A stretch of 17,927 nt of DNA from a virus (Duplodnaviria > Heunggongvirae > Uroviricota > Caudoviricetes). Made by a program: the position numbers and the translations under genes. The stretch spans positions 1-17,927 of the IMG/VR virus record IMGVR_UViG_2585427748_000008, one strand, 5' to 3'. Shown here one piece after another: positions 1 to 8,013 of the stretch (positions are counted from its first letter, which is position 1; each line of letters begins with the position of its first letter). The notes below the pieces were generated by a model. That model was given only the letters and a program-made list of their open reading frames with translations. It searched no databases and was not told the origin of the DNA.

Positions 1-266
1 CGCATATTATCGGCATCGATAAAGCAGCGGGTGCCTTCATCTGCAAGATCTTTAGAATAACGGGTAAAGTCATCGATGCTGGCAGTGGAAAGCGCACCAC
101 GGAAACGGAAGCGATTTAAATTAAATTTTTCCAGATCATGAATGCGGAAATTCTCAGGCAATGCCACAGCATCGGCACCAATCTTACTGATAATTTCATT
201 AACACCCTGAGCAGAAATAAGGGCATGGATTTGATTAATTGCGGTTGCGTCTAAGTTCTGAGACAT
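1..266 (-). CDS. Prophage early-left protein, 5' part only (gene runs off the window start); possibly DUF2303/YfdQ-like
   Basis: ATG at 266-264 (minus) preceded by GAGGA 7 nt upstream; open frame to position 1 giving [26 protein letters not shown]...; not in the ORF track because it has no stop in the window. Family assignment is from memory only. Confidence 0.6.
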
Positions 267-331
267 AATAAGTCCTCACTATATTAAGATATTCAGTGAT
301 GAGATAAATAATCAGTTAATTAAGAACGATA

Positions 332-694
332 TTAATGACCTGCTGCGCGGAGTTTTCCGTCAGGTTCACCGGCAAGAGTCAGTAATTGTCCCTGGTCTTC
401 CTGCAGAATAGTCAGGCGACCACCTCGATTGACATACATCGGCGTTTCGGTGGTGTCTTCTTCGGAGATTTTCCCGCGGTTAGTCGGGCGAACATATGAG
501 AGTTTGTGTTTGATTTTCACACGGTTCTCATCAAACGGTTCGATGTCCAGATTGACCGAGACTTTACCTTTGTTTTTCGTGTTCATCACACCGGAAGCGA
601 CTTCACTGAGAACTGCGCCGAGTTTGGTTTCAAATACGCCGCCGTCCAGTTCTACGATAAATACCTGCACATCAGTACTGCGTACGCTAGCCAT
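332..694 (-). CDS. Hypothetical prophage early protein, 120 aa
   Basis: Internal ATG (MASVRSTDVQVFIVELDGG...) of the 332..925 minus ORF, preceded by GAGGAG 9 nt upstream; the 77-codon upstream extension translates the GC-rich structured region and looks non-protein-like. Confidence 0.6.
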   Translation of the reverse strand: MASVRSTDVQVFIVELDGGVFETKLGAVLSEVASGVMNTKNKGKVSVNLDIEPFDENRVKIKHKLSYVRPTNRGKISEEDTTETPMYVNRGGRLTILQEDQGQLLTLAGEPDGKLRAAGH

Positions 695-830
695 TTTGCT
701 GCTCCTCATCATACCGACCCTGCAAGGTCGGTTGGTTTCTCCACAAAACAGAGAAGAACACCTGCGGTGACAGCCGCCCGGATGGATTGGGTTATGAGCC
801 CGTCGTCCGGTGATGCTCTTCTCTGTTTTG

Positions 831-877
831 TAAAAAGAGCGGTACCAGCCGGAAGCAAGGGTACAAACTGGTACCGC
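831..877 (-). terminator. Terminator-like hairpin in the early-left leader (10-bp stem GCGGTACCAG/CTGGTACCGC, 19-nt loop) followed on the minus strand by TCTTTTTA
   Basis: Perfect inverted repeat 839-848 / 868-877; the minus-strand 3' flank is T-rich and resembles a boxA-like CGCTCTTTTTACAA. Confidence 0.35.
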
Positions 878-1350
878 CAAAGCAGTGGCTGTTGTGGTGG
901 GGTTGTCACTCAGGCGTATGGTCAACCTGACAATCCGGTGTCCTCAACGGGGAAAGAGTACCCCCGCCATACTTACCGCCGCGCCATTTCGCGGATTACC
1001 ACAACGCTGAGAGCACTTAGCCAGTTACGGCACCACACTTTGTCGCGGTTCCATAAATGCCCTCATCGTTGCACCCTGGTCTCTTCCCAGGCGTCAAACC
1101 GGATCGCCACGCTGGTTAGGCGTCTTATCAGCATCATCATTGACTTGCACATTCCGGCTACCTGGTTTGTTTGCCCGAGCAAGGAGTGGATTGTCCCCTT
1201 TAACGTCACCAGACCGCTAACGACGCATGTGCCATACGCCGTGTTACAACCAAATTTTGTTAGTACCTTGTTTGTATGTCTGGAAAGAAAGATAAAATGA
1301 AGTTGCGCATTATGCAAGTGTTTTTATTGCGAGATATGCAATTTGGTGGG

Positions 1351-1376
1351 TAATGAAAAGCCACCTTCTGGTGGCT
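1351..1376 (-). terminator. Putative intrinsic terminator downstream of the cI-like gene
   Basis: 7-bp stem AGCCACC/GGTGGCT (1359-1376) with 4-nt loop; on the minus strand it is followed by TTTTCATTA; lies 21 nt after the cI stop. Confidence 0.45.
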
Positions 1377-1396
1377 AATTGATGTTGAGGTAGGGG

Positions 1397-2089
1397 TTAA
1401 TTGTGTCGCTTAAGGGTTTGTGACTGACTGATTAAGACCTTTCCAAAGACCATAAACCGATGTTCGTTTTCGCTGGTAATTCCCCATTCGCGGTAAATCT
1501 GATTATCAGAAATTACCAGCAGTTTATCAGGTATCATTTGCAGTCGTTTGACGTAAATTTTATCATCAAAACCAAATACATATATACCATCTCCATCAAA
1601 CTGATTGATACTGATATCAACGAAGATGAGATCTCCTGGCTCAATGGTTGGACACATACTGTCCCCACGAACGTTGATAACTTTAATGTGATTGGCTGGC
1701 CGTCCGCCAAACATCGATACAGCATTATCAGTTCTGTATTCAATGGCATGAATCACATCAATGACATCACCGCCCTGGATAAGGCCATTTCCCGCACTGG
1801 CACTGACATCCAGCATTTCAATACGGAATACATCCTTCACCTGCGCAACATCCTCACCAATACTGTTTTTACATACAGTATTACTTTTGACGTCTGAGGT
1901 AAAGAGATCAGCGATATCAACACCTAAGCTCCTGGCAATATTACTCAGGGCTTGTTCAGTGAATTGTTTCTGCTTACCTGTTTCCAGGCGTGAGATATTC
2001 GCCGCATCCACTCCTATTGCTTCAGCGAGATCGGCGATTTTCATGTTCTTCGCCTGGCGAAGTTGTCTGACTCGGTTTCCTATGTTCAT
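1397..2089 (-). CDS. cI: cI-like prophage repressor (N-terminal HTH, C-terminal S24 LexA-type autopeptidase domain)
   Basis: 230-aa ORF; N-terminal HTH-like segment (RQLRQAKNMKIADLAEAIGVDAANISRLETG); Ala-Gly site in SASAGNG; GDSM serine motif and downstream KR (YVKRL) consistent with S24 Ser/Lys dyad; divergent from the Cro-like gene across an operator-rich spacer. Confidence 0.9.
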   Translation of the reverse strand: MNIGNRVRQLRQAKNMKIADLAEAIGVDAANISRLETGKQKQFTEQALSNIARSLGVDIADLFTSDVKSNTVCKNSIGEDVAQVKDVFRIEMLDVSASAGNGLIQGGDVIDVIHAIEYRTDNAVSMFGGRPANHIKVINVRGDSMCPTIEPGDLIFVDISINQFDGDGIYVFGFDDKIYVKRLQMIPDKLLVISDNQIYREWGITSENEHRFMVFGKVLISQSQTLKRHN

Positions 2090-2186
2090 GCGTTTATTAC
2101 ATTTCTTTATTGCGCGTTAAGCAAATCAACTTGCGCAAAATATTTGCGTGAAATAATATGCTCATCACGCAATATGTGGAGGTTAT
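2090..2186. promoter_or_regulatory. Immunity-region operator/promoter spacer (OR-like; divergent pRM/pR expected)
   Basis: 97-bp AT-rich spacer between divergent cI and cro starts, with several TTGCG-type half-sites: ATTGCGcgttaaGCAAAT (2109-2126), palindrome TTGCGCAA (2131-2138), TTGCGTG (2144-2150) opposite CACGCAA (2166-2172). A similar ATTGC-N7-GCAAT palindrome lies left of cI at 1326-1342. Confidence 0.5.
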
Positions 2187-2447
2187 ATGCAATCACCATT
2201 ACGGAATGTGCGTAAGGCGCACGGATTTACTTTGCAGCATGTTGCTGCGGGCGTTCAGGTCAATCCAGCGACGCTGAGTCGTATTGAAAGACTGGAACAA
2301 ATTCCATCTATCGATCTTGCAGAACGTCTGGCCAATTTTTTTAAGGGTGAAATCAGCGAAATGCAGATTCTTTATCCGGCACGTTTTCAATCTAGCCAAA
2401 ACCAGAATGGGTTTAAACCACAGGAACAGGAGGTAAGCCGTGGGTAA
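2187..2447 (+). CDS. cro: Cro-like HTH regulator (Cro/YdaS-type)
   Basis: 86-aa ORF starting 5 nt after GGAGG; HTH-like segment GFTLQHVAAGVQVNPATLSRIE; position directly opposite cI. Confidence 0.75.
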   Translation: MQSPLRNVRKAHGFTLQHVAAGVQVNPATLSRIERLEQIPSIDLAERLANFFKGEISEMQILYPARFQSSQNQNGFKPQEQEVSRG

Positions 2448-2997
2448 TCATCACTGGAAAGTGGAAAAACAGCCTGAGTGGTACGTGAAAGCTGTCAGAA
2501 AAACTATCGCGGCGTTGCCGGGGGGTTACGCTGAAGCTGCTGAGTGGCTGGATGTAACAGAGAACGCATTATTCAACCGCCTTCGTGCAGATGGCGATCA
2601 GATTTTCCCGCTGGGATGGGCAATGGTTTTACAGCGTGCGGCTGGCACTCACTACATTGCGGATGCTGTCGCACAGTCTGCTGGTGGGGTGTTCGTATCG
2701 CTTCCTGAAATTGAGGCAGTAGAGAACGCCGATATAAACCAGCGCCTGCTGGAAGTCATTGAACAGATCGGCAGTTATTCCAGACAGATTCGTTCAGCAA
2801 TCGAAGACGGTGTAGTGGAACCGCATGAGAAGACAGCAATTAACGACGAACTGTATCTTTCAATTTCGAAGCTCCAGGAGCATGCAGCACTGGTCTACAA
2901 AATCTTCTGCGCTCCAGAAAAGAGTAACGCCCGCGAGTGTGCAGCTCCGGGCGTCGTGGCGTCGATTGCTTCTGGTTGTGGAGAAACTAACGCATGA
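2440..2997 (+). CDS. CII-like / YdaT-family early regulatory protein
   Basis: GTG start preceded by AGGAGG; 185-aa ORF overlapping the cro stop by 8 nt; sits at the cII position; family call from memory. Confidence 0.6.
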   Translation: MGNHHWKVEKQPEWYVKAVRKTIAALPGGYAEAAEWLDVTENALFNRLRADGDQIFPLGWAMVLQRAAGTHYIADAVAQSAGGVFVSLPEIEAVENADINQRLLEVIEQIGSYSRQIRSAIEDGVVEPHEKTAINDELYLSISKLQEHAALVYKIFCAPEKSNARECAAPGVVASIASGCGETNA

Positions 2998-4139
2998 ATA
3001 GTTTAACGGCAAATAACCGTTTGTCGCAACAGCTGGTGGTCAGCGTCGCTGAACACCTGTTGTTACGGCATGAATGCAGATTACCAAATCACCTGGCTGT
3101 AAGTAACCACAGAGAACTTTACCTGACTGTGGGGGGCGAGTTGTGCAGGAACTTAACCGCTGGTTTCGTGACGGAAGAGGGCTTTATGTCCATGTTATTC
3201 GTTGGGAGCCAGAAACACAGCGCGTTATCTATCTTCGCAAAGACTACCCGCATGAGTGCTTTAGTCCTTTGTGGAAATTCAGGCGTGATTTTGTTGAGTG
3301 TGAAGGACCACCAGCATATTGATTCTGCAATTCCGGGACGTTACACTGTTCAGGCACCTTATAAAGCGGGTGCCGGGATTGGCGTCCTGAAATTCGCACA
3401 TGCGCATAACCGCGCTTCAGCGGTTTTTTTGCGCACGTTTCCTCACATCCAAATTATGGTGGGGCGTGCAGGGGCATCGAAAGATGCGCCGGGGTCATGT
3501 GCGACCGGTTACGCCAACCCTGTACGTCTCACCACCTCTGTGATTGGCGTCCCATGTGGTGAGTTTTCAAAATTCGCACATGAGGATGTCACTATGGCAA
3601 CCACCCCTACCCAAACTCACCCTAAAATTGATGTTATCCATGGGAAGGCTGTTACCTCTTCTTTGGCCGTTGCCGAATATTTCTGCAAGCAGCACAAAAA
3701 CGTTATTCAAAAAATCCAGACGCTTGAGTGCTCTGTTGAATTCACTGAGCTGAATTTTCAGCCCAGTGATTACACCGATTGCACAGGCCGCAAACTCCCT
3801 TGTTACCAAATCACCCGCGACGGTTTTGCGTTTCTTGCCATGGGCTTCACGGGGAAACGTGCTGCCCGGTTCAAAGAGGCATACATCAATGCCTTTAACC
3901 AGATGGAGAAACAGCTTTCAAATCCCTCTGTACTGAGCGACGTTGCACATAACGCCAGCGTTCTCTATTCCTACATTTCATCAATTCATCAGGTCTGGCT
4001 GCAGCAGCTTTATCCCATGTTGGCAAAAGCCGAATCCCCGCTGGCTGTAAGTCTGTATGACCGCATCAACGACGCGGCGCTACTGGCCAGTCTCATAAAT
4101 TTGTCGCTGAACCCTTCAGAGGTAAGGGGGCGCAAATGA
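2994..4139 (+). CDS. Rha-family phage regulatory protein; Rha domain in the C-terminal ~182 aa, with a likely independent start at 3594
   Basis: Frame is open for 381 codons from an ATG overlapping the upstream stop (ATGA). Residues from 3594 (MATTPTQTHPKIDVIHGKAVTSSLAVAEYFCKQHKNVIQKI...) look like a Rha N-terminus and have GAGGA 7 nt upstream. Coding status of 2994-3593 is uncertain (see findings). Confidence 0.6.
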   Translation: MNSLTANNRLSQQLVVSVAEHLLLRHECRLPNHLAVSNHRELYLTVGGELCRNLTAGFVTEEGFMSMLFVGSQKHSALSIFAKTTRMSALVLCGNSGVILLSVKDHQHIDSAIPGRYTVQAPYKAGAGIGVLKFAHAHNRASAVFLRTFPHIQIMVGRAGASKDAPGSCATGYANPVRLTTSVIGVPCGEFSKFAHEDVTMATTPTQTHPKIDVIHGKAVTSSLAVAEYFCKQHKNVIQKIQTLECSVEFTELNFQPSDYTDCTGRKLPCYQITRDGFAFLAMGFTGKRAARFKEAYINAFNQMEKQLSNPSVLSDVAHNASVLYSYISSIHQVWLQQLYPMLAKAESPLAVSLYDRINDAALLASLINLSLNPSEVRGRK

Positions 4140-4360
4140 TCCGGAATATTTTCAAACGGTTTACCAATCATACTTTCCGTTGTCCTCGTCCGGGTCAGTG
4201 GTACACCACGCCTGCAGGGCATGTTCTACGTGTTAGCCTGGTTGACCGTGAATGTCAGAAGGTGATTTGTGAACCGCTGGGCCGTAATTACCGCATCAGT
4301 ATGCCGCTTATAGCCTTTTGCTCCGGAAAAAACATGAAGCATCTCGGAGGTGCAGCATGA
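4136..4360 (+). CDS. Small hypothetical protein (74 aa, Cys-containing), translationally coupled
   Basis: ATG overlaps the Rha stop (ATGA) and its own stop overlaps the next ATG (ATGA at 4357-4360); no recognisable family. Confidence 0.4.
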   Translation: MIRNIFKRFTNHTFRCPRPGQWYTTPAGHVLRVSLVDRECQKVICEPLGRNYRISMPLIAFCSGKNMKHLGGAA

Positions 4361-5175
4361 GTATGGAGCTGATGGTTAAAGCGATGAAAATTCGAGTGGG
4401 TAATCCATTGCGAAAACTGGTTCTGATCAAGCTGGCTGATAATGCCAGCGATCAGGGTGAGTGCTGGCCCAGCTACCAGCATATTGCTGACCAGTGCGAG
4501 ATTAGCAAACGTTCTGTGATGAATCATATTGCGGCCCTTTGTGAGTCCGGGCTGGTAAAAAAAGTCACCCGGAAAGGTGAAAAAGGTAACTCAAGTAATA
4601 TCTATCTCCTTCATCTTGATGGTGCAGGAGATTCACTAGGGGGTAGTGCAAATAATTCACTATCTGGTGCAGCAAATTCACCAGGTAGTGCAGGAGTTGC
4701 ACCAGGGGGTGGTGCAGGAGATTCACCCAGAACCAGTCACTCTTTTGAACCAGTCAAAGAACCAGTCAATGAACCAATAGCTGTTGGTGCATCTGCTGAT
4801 GAGTCTGTGCGAGTTCGTTCAAACCGACCGGAATACTCTCCGGAGTTTGAGCAGGCATGGCTGGCATACCCCAAACGTGCTGGTGGCAATTCAAAATCTG
4901 CAGCCTTCAAAGCCTGGAAAGCCCGTTTGAATGAGGGGGTAAAACCCGAAACCATGCTGGAAGGTGTGAAACGCTACGCGGGCTGGGTATCTGCGATGGG
5001 TAACAGCGGCACACAATTTGTGAAACAGGCTGTCACGTTCTTTGGTCCGGATCGTCATTTCGAAGAATCCTGGGAAGTTCCTGCGGTATCTGCAGCCAGA
5101 CGCGAGGACCCGTACTTCAAAGCCAGTTACGACAACGTGGACTACAGCCAGATCCCGGCAGGATTCAGGGGGTGA
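4357..5175 (+). CDS. Replication initiator, lambda O-like (N-terminal HTH, replisome-organiser-type C-terminus)
   Basis: ATG 6 nt after GGAGG; N-terminal HTH-like segment (LIKLADNASDQGECWPSYQHIADQCEISKRSVMNHIAALCESGLV); the gene contains an in-frame iteron array as in the lambda O gene. Confidence 0.7.
   Translation: MSMELMVKAMKIRVGNPLRKLVLIKLADNASDQGECWPSYQHIADQCEISKRSVMNHIAALCESGLVKKVTRKGEKGNSSNIYLLHLDGAGDSLGGSANNSLSGAANSPGSAGVAPGGGAGDSPRTSHSFEPVKEPVNEPIAVGASADESVRVRSNRPEYSPEFEQAWLAYPKRAGGNSKSAAFKAWKARLNEGVKPETMLEGVKRYAGWVSAMGNSGTQFVKQAVTFFGPDRHFEESWEVPAVSAARREDPYFKASYDNVDYSQIPAGFRG
4621..4778. repeat. Iteron array (putative phage replication origin) inside the O-like gene
   Basis: About five ~22-bp units built on GGTGCAGGAGATTCAC (exact copies at 4621-4636 and 4711-4726, variants between), followed by three GAACCAGTCA repeats at 4730-4770. 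Confidence 0.55.
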
Positions 5176-5177
5176 TC

Positions 5178-5666
5178 ATGAGTCTTTTGAATGAAGTTCA
5201 GAAATTCATTGAAGCCCATCCGGGGTGTACTTCCGGAGACATTGCGGATGCTTTTGCAGGTTACTCACGGCAGCGCGTTCTGCAGTCAGCAAGCAAGTTA
5301 CGTCAGAGTGGGCGTGTGGCTCACCGTTGTGAAGGAGATACACGCAGACATTTCCCGCGCCTGACTGAGAGAGCACAGGAGCCGGAACCACAACCAGTTC
5401 GTGAAACCAGACCTGTGCGCAATTTCTGTGTCGGCACTAACGACCCGCAGGTGATTTTGTGCCTGACTCGCCAGGCGGAAGAACTGGAGTCCAGGGGCTT
5501 ATTCCGTCGAGCTGCAACGGTGTGGATGGAGGCATTCCGTGAAAGCCACTCCCAGCCAGAACGAAACAATTTTCTGGCGCATCGTGAGCGGTGCTTACGG
5601 AAAAGCAGCAAGCGCGCTGCATCGGGTGAAGAGTGGTATCTGTCAGGGAATTACGTGGGGGCTTAA
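5178..5666 (+). CDS. PerC-family (Pch-like) transcriptional regulator with N-terminal extension
   Basis: ATG 3 nt after the O-like stop with G-rich RBS; C-terminal segment RGLFRRAATVWMEAFRE resembles the GLWRRAA..W motif I associate with PerC/Pch regulators (from memory). Confidence 0.5.
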   Translation: MSLLNEVQKFIEAHPGCTSGDIADAFAGYSRQRVLQSASKLRQSGRVAHRCEGDTRRHFPRLTERAQEPEPQPVRETRPVRNFCVGTNDPQVILCLTRQAEELESRGLFRRAATVWMEAFRESHSQPERNNFLAHRERCLRKSSKRAASGEEWYLSGNYVGA

Positions 5667-6319
5667 TGAGTAATAAATATTGCCAGGCGCTGGTGGAGCT
5701 GCGGAACAAACCAGCCCATGAACTGAAGGAAGTGGGCGATCAGTGGCGCACGCCGGACAACATTTTCTGGGGAATTAACACCCTGTTTGGCCCGTTTGTT
5801 CTGGATCTGTTCACTGATGGTGATAACGCCAAATGTGCCGCTTATTACACTGCGGAAGACAACGCGCTGGCGCATGACTGGTCTGAACGTCTTGCGGAGC
5901 TTAAAGGTGCTGCCTTTGGTAATCCCCCGTACAGCCGCGCCAGTCAGCATGAGGGGCAATACATCACCGGCATGCGTTACATCATGAAACATGCCAGTGC
6001 CATGCGTGATAAAGGCGGGCGCTATGTTTTCCTGATCAAAGCTGCCACCAGCGAAGTGTGGTGGCCGGAAGATGCAGATCATATTGCTTTTATTCGCGGG
6101 CGTATTGGTTTTGAACTGCCTGCCTGGTTTATCCCGAAAGACGAAAAGCAGGTGCCAACAGGTGCTTTCTTCGCTGGTGCTATTGCTGTTTTCGACAAGA
6201 CCTGGAAGGGACCGGCAATCAGCTACATAGGGCGCGATGAACTTGAGGCATGTGGTGAGGCGTTTCTGGCGCAGGTTCGCCAGCAGGCGGAAAAACTGGT
6301 CAGGGAGATGGCGGCATGA
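5666..6319 (+). CDS. Phage DNA N6-adenine methyltransferase (Dam-type)
   Basis: ATG overlaps the upstream stop (TAATG); contains the FGNPPY motif typical of N6-adenine methyltransferases; 217 aa. Confidence 0.85.
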   Translation: MSNKYCQALVELRNKPAHELKEVGDQWRTPDNIFWGINTLFGPFVLDLFTDGDNAKCAAYYTAEDNALAHDWSERLAELKGAAFGNPPYSRASQHEGQYITGMRYIMKHASAMRDKGGRYVFLIKAATSEVWWPEDADHIAFIRGRIGFELPAWFIPKDEKQVPTGAFFAGAIAVFDKTWKGPAISYIGRDELEACGEAFLAQVRQQAEKLVREMAA

Positions 6320-6642
6320 CGACGTTAACTCAATGCCAGCAGCAGGTGCTGGATATGCTGATTTCTTATCAGAAAGAACGTGGCTTCCCGCCAACCAATC
6401 AGGAGGTGGCAACCATGCTGGGATACCGTTCGGTGAATGCAGCGGTGGAGCATCTTCGCGCACTGGAGAAAAAAGGCGTCATCACGATAAAGCGTGGCGT
6501 GGCCCGGGGGATAACGCTTCATACTGCGATGAAGGACGACGACAGCGAGGCGGTCGGGATTATCCGCGCACTGCTTGCCGGTGAGGAAAACGCAAGGCTG
6601 CGTGCAACCCACTGGTTACATGAGAGGGGCCTGAAAGTATGA
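6316..6642 (+). CDS. LexA N-terminal-domain-like DNA-binding protein (no peptidase domain)
   Basis: ATGA-coupled start; 108-aa ORF with winged-helix-like QQVLDMLISYQKERGFPPTNQEVATMLGYRSVNAAVEHLRALEKKGVI. Confidence 0.6.
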   Translation: MTTLTQCQQQVLDMLISYQKERGFPPTNQEVATMLGYRSVNAAVEHLRALEKKGVITIKRGVARGITLHTAMKDDDSEAVGIIRALLAGEENARLRATHWLHERGLKV

Positions 6643-7034
6643 AGCTAATACTGCCTTTTCCGCCCAGCGTGAACACGTACTGGCGACACCCCAACAAAGG
6701 GGCGTTTGCTGGTAAGAGCCTGATAAGCGCGGCGGGGCGAAAATTCCAGAGCGCGGCGTGTGCAGCAATAGTTGAGCAGTTACGTCGTCTGCCGAAACCA
6801 ACGTCGGCACCTGCTTCAGTGGAGATCGTGTTGTTTCCTCCGGATAACCGGATCCGCGATCTGGACAACTATAACAAGGCGCTGTTTGACGCCCTGACCC
6901 ACGCGGGTGTGTGGGAAGACGACAGTCAGGTGAAAAGAATGCTGGTGGAGTGGGGACCGGTTATCCCGGAGGGGAAGGTCGAGATCACTATCAGTAAGTA
7001 CGAAAAAGCGAGTTGCAAATTAGCAACTCGGTAA
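6639..7034 (+). CDS. rusA: Holliday-junction resolvase RusA
   Basis: ATGA-coupled start; 131-aa sequence MKLILPFPPSVNTYWRH...DLDNYNKALFDALTHAGVWEDDSQV matches the RusA family pattern (from memory). Confidence 0.9.
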   Translation: MKLILPFPPSVNTYWRHPNKGAFAGKSLISAAGRKFQSAACAAIVEQLRRLPKPTSAPASVEIVLFPPDNRIRDLDNYNKALFDALTHAGVWEDDSQVKRMLVEWGPVIPEGKVEITISKYEKASCKLATR

Positions 7035-7196
7035 CGGAATTGAGCAACACCCTAAATTTGGGTATTACCTCGTTAAAGATACTGTATTTATGAACAGTGT
7101 ATCCTTGATAACTATTAAAAATCGCAGTAAGTTCATCCTGCATCAACGAAAAGGGAGTGCAGTCCCGCTCGTGGATAAAAATTTGTGGAGAAACCA

Positions 7197-8012
7197 ATGA
7201 ATCAGTTGCTTGTAATTGATGGCGTTTCTGTGCGCCAGTACTTCGAATCTAACTACTGTCTTAACGACCTTCAGAAAGCTGCTCTTCTTGCCGCTGGTGA
7301 GAATCGCTCCTCCCGTTCGCTGGAAGTTCACGAGTTTATGCGTCGTCCTGAAACGAAGGCTCTTGTGGAATTATTGGAAGAAGAAACTACGGGAGATTCC
7401 CGTAGTATTCCTGTCATCACCATTCAGGGGCGCAATGGTGGGACGTATGTCTGTAAAGAGCTGGTCTATGCATATGCAATGTGGATCAGCCCGGCATTCA
7501 GCTTAAAAGTGATACGTACTTTTGATGCGCTTCATAATTCATCACCAGAAGAAACCACATCCGACAAAATTAAATCCGGGGTCATTCTGCTTGAATCAGC
7601 AGCAAAGACTCTAAATCTGTCAAACTCCTCGAAACTTGGTGCATACCAGAAATTATCAAAGGTAGCTGGTCTTCCTGAACTTATGCCGATCTATGCCATT
7701 GATGCACCTGCTGATGCGCCAGATGGTTCAAGCCGCCCTACGCTGTCGCTGAGTGCACTGCTGAAGCAGTATGGTATCCGCCTGACGGCTAATCAGGCAT
7801 ATCACCAGATGGCGAAGCTGGGGATCGTTGAACAACGCGAACGATACAGCCGTACCGCGATTAACAACATCAAAAAATTCTGGTCGCTGACCGCGAAAGG
7901 CTGCATGTTCGGCAAGAACATCACCAGTCCTGCAAATCCGCGCGAGACGCAGCCGCATTTCTTCGAATCCCGATTTCCTGAGCTGTTAAAGCTGCTCGAT
8001 ACCGTTCATTGA
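7197..8012 (+). CDS. KilA-N domain protein (antirepressor-like)
   Basis: ATG with GGAG 6 nt upstream (track start 7185 is an upstream GTG); N-terminal KilA-N-like region (TYVCKELVYAYAMWISPAFSLKVIRTFD). Confidence 0.8.
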   Translation: MNQLLVIDGVSVRQYFESNYCLNDLQKAALLAAGENRSSRSLEVHEFMRRPETKALVELLEEETTGDSRSIPVITIQGRNGGTYVCKELVYAYAMWISPAFSLKVIRTFDALHNSSPEETTSDKIKSGVILLESAAKTLNLSNSSKLGAYQKLSKVAGLPELMPIYAIDAPADAPDGSSRPTLSLSALLKQYGIRLTANQAYHQMAKLGIVEQRERYSRTAINNIKKFWSLTAKGCMFGKNITSPANPRETQPHFFESRFPELLKLLDTVH

Positions 8013-8013
8013 G

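Noticed and set aside
506-1300. 264-aa plus-strand ORF
   Set aside because: It lies antisense to the 120-aa early gene and runs through the GC-rich structured leader; the composition is unlike a protein and there is no RBS. Long open frames are expected by chance in GC-rich DNA.
1063-1317. 84-aa minus-strand ORF as a possible N antiterminator
   Set aside because: No Shine-Dalgarno sequence, no arginine-rich N-terminal motif and an odd composition; I could not support an N-like gene.
1460-1897. 145-aa plus-strand ORF
   Set aside because: Entirely antisense within the well-supported cI-like repressor gene.
3143-3322. 59-aa alternative-frame ORF as a definite gene
   Set aside because: Not annotated as a feature because frame 0 is also open across it and I cannot tell which frame is used without comparative data; kept as a finding.
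5663-6463. 266-aa minus-strand ORF
   Set aside because: Antisense to the methyltransferase and LexA-like genes, with low-complexity Pro/Ala/Arg-rich translation typical of GC-rich antisense frames.
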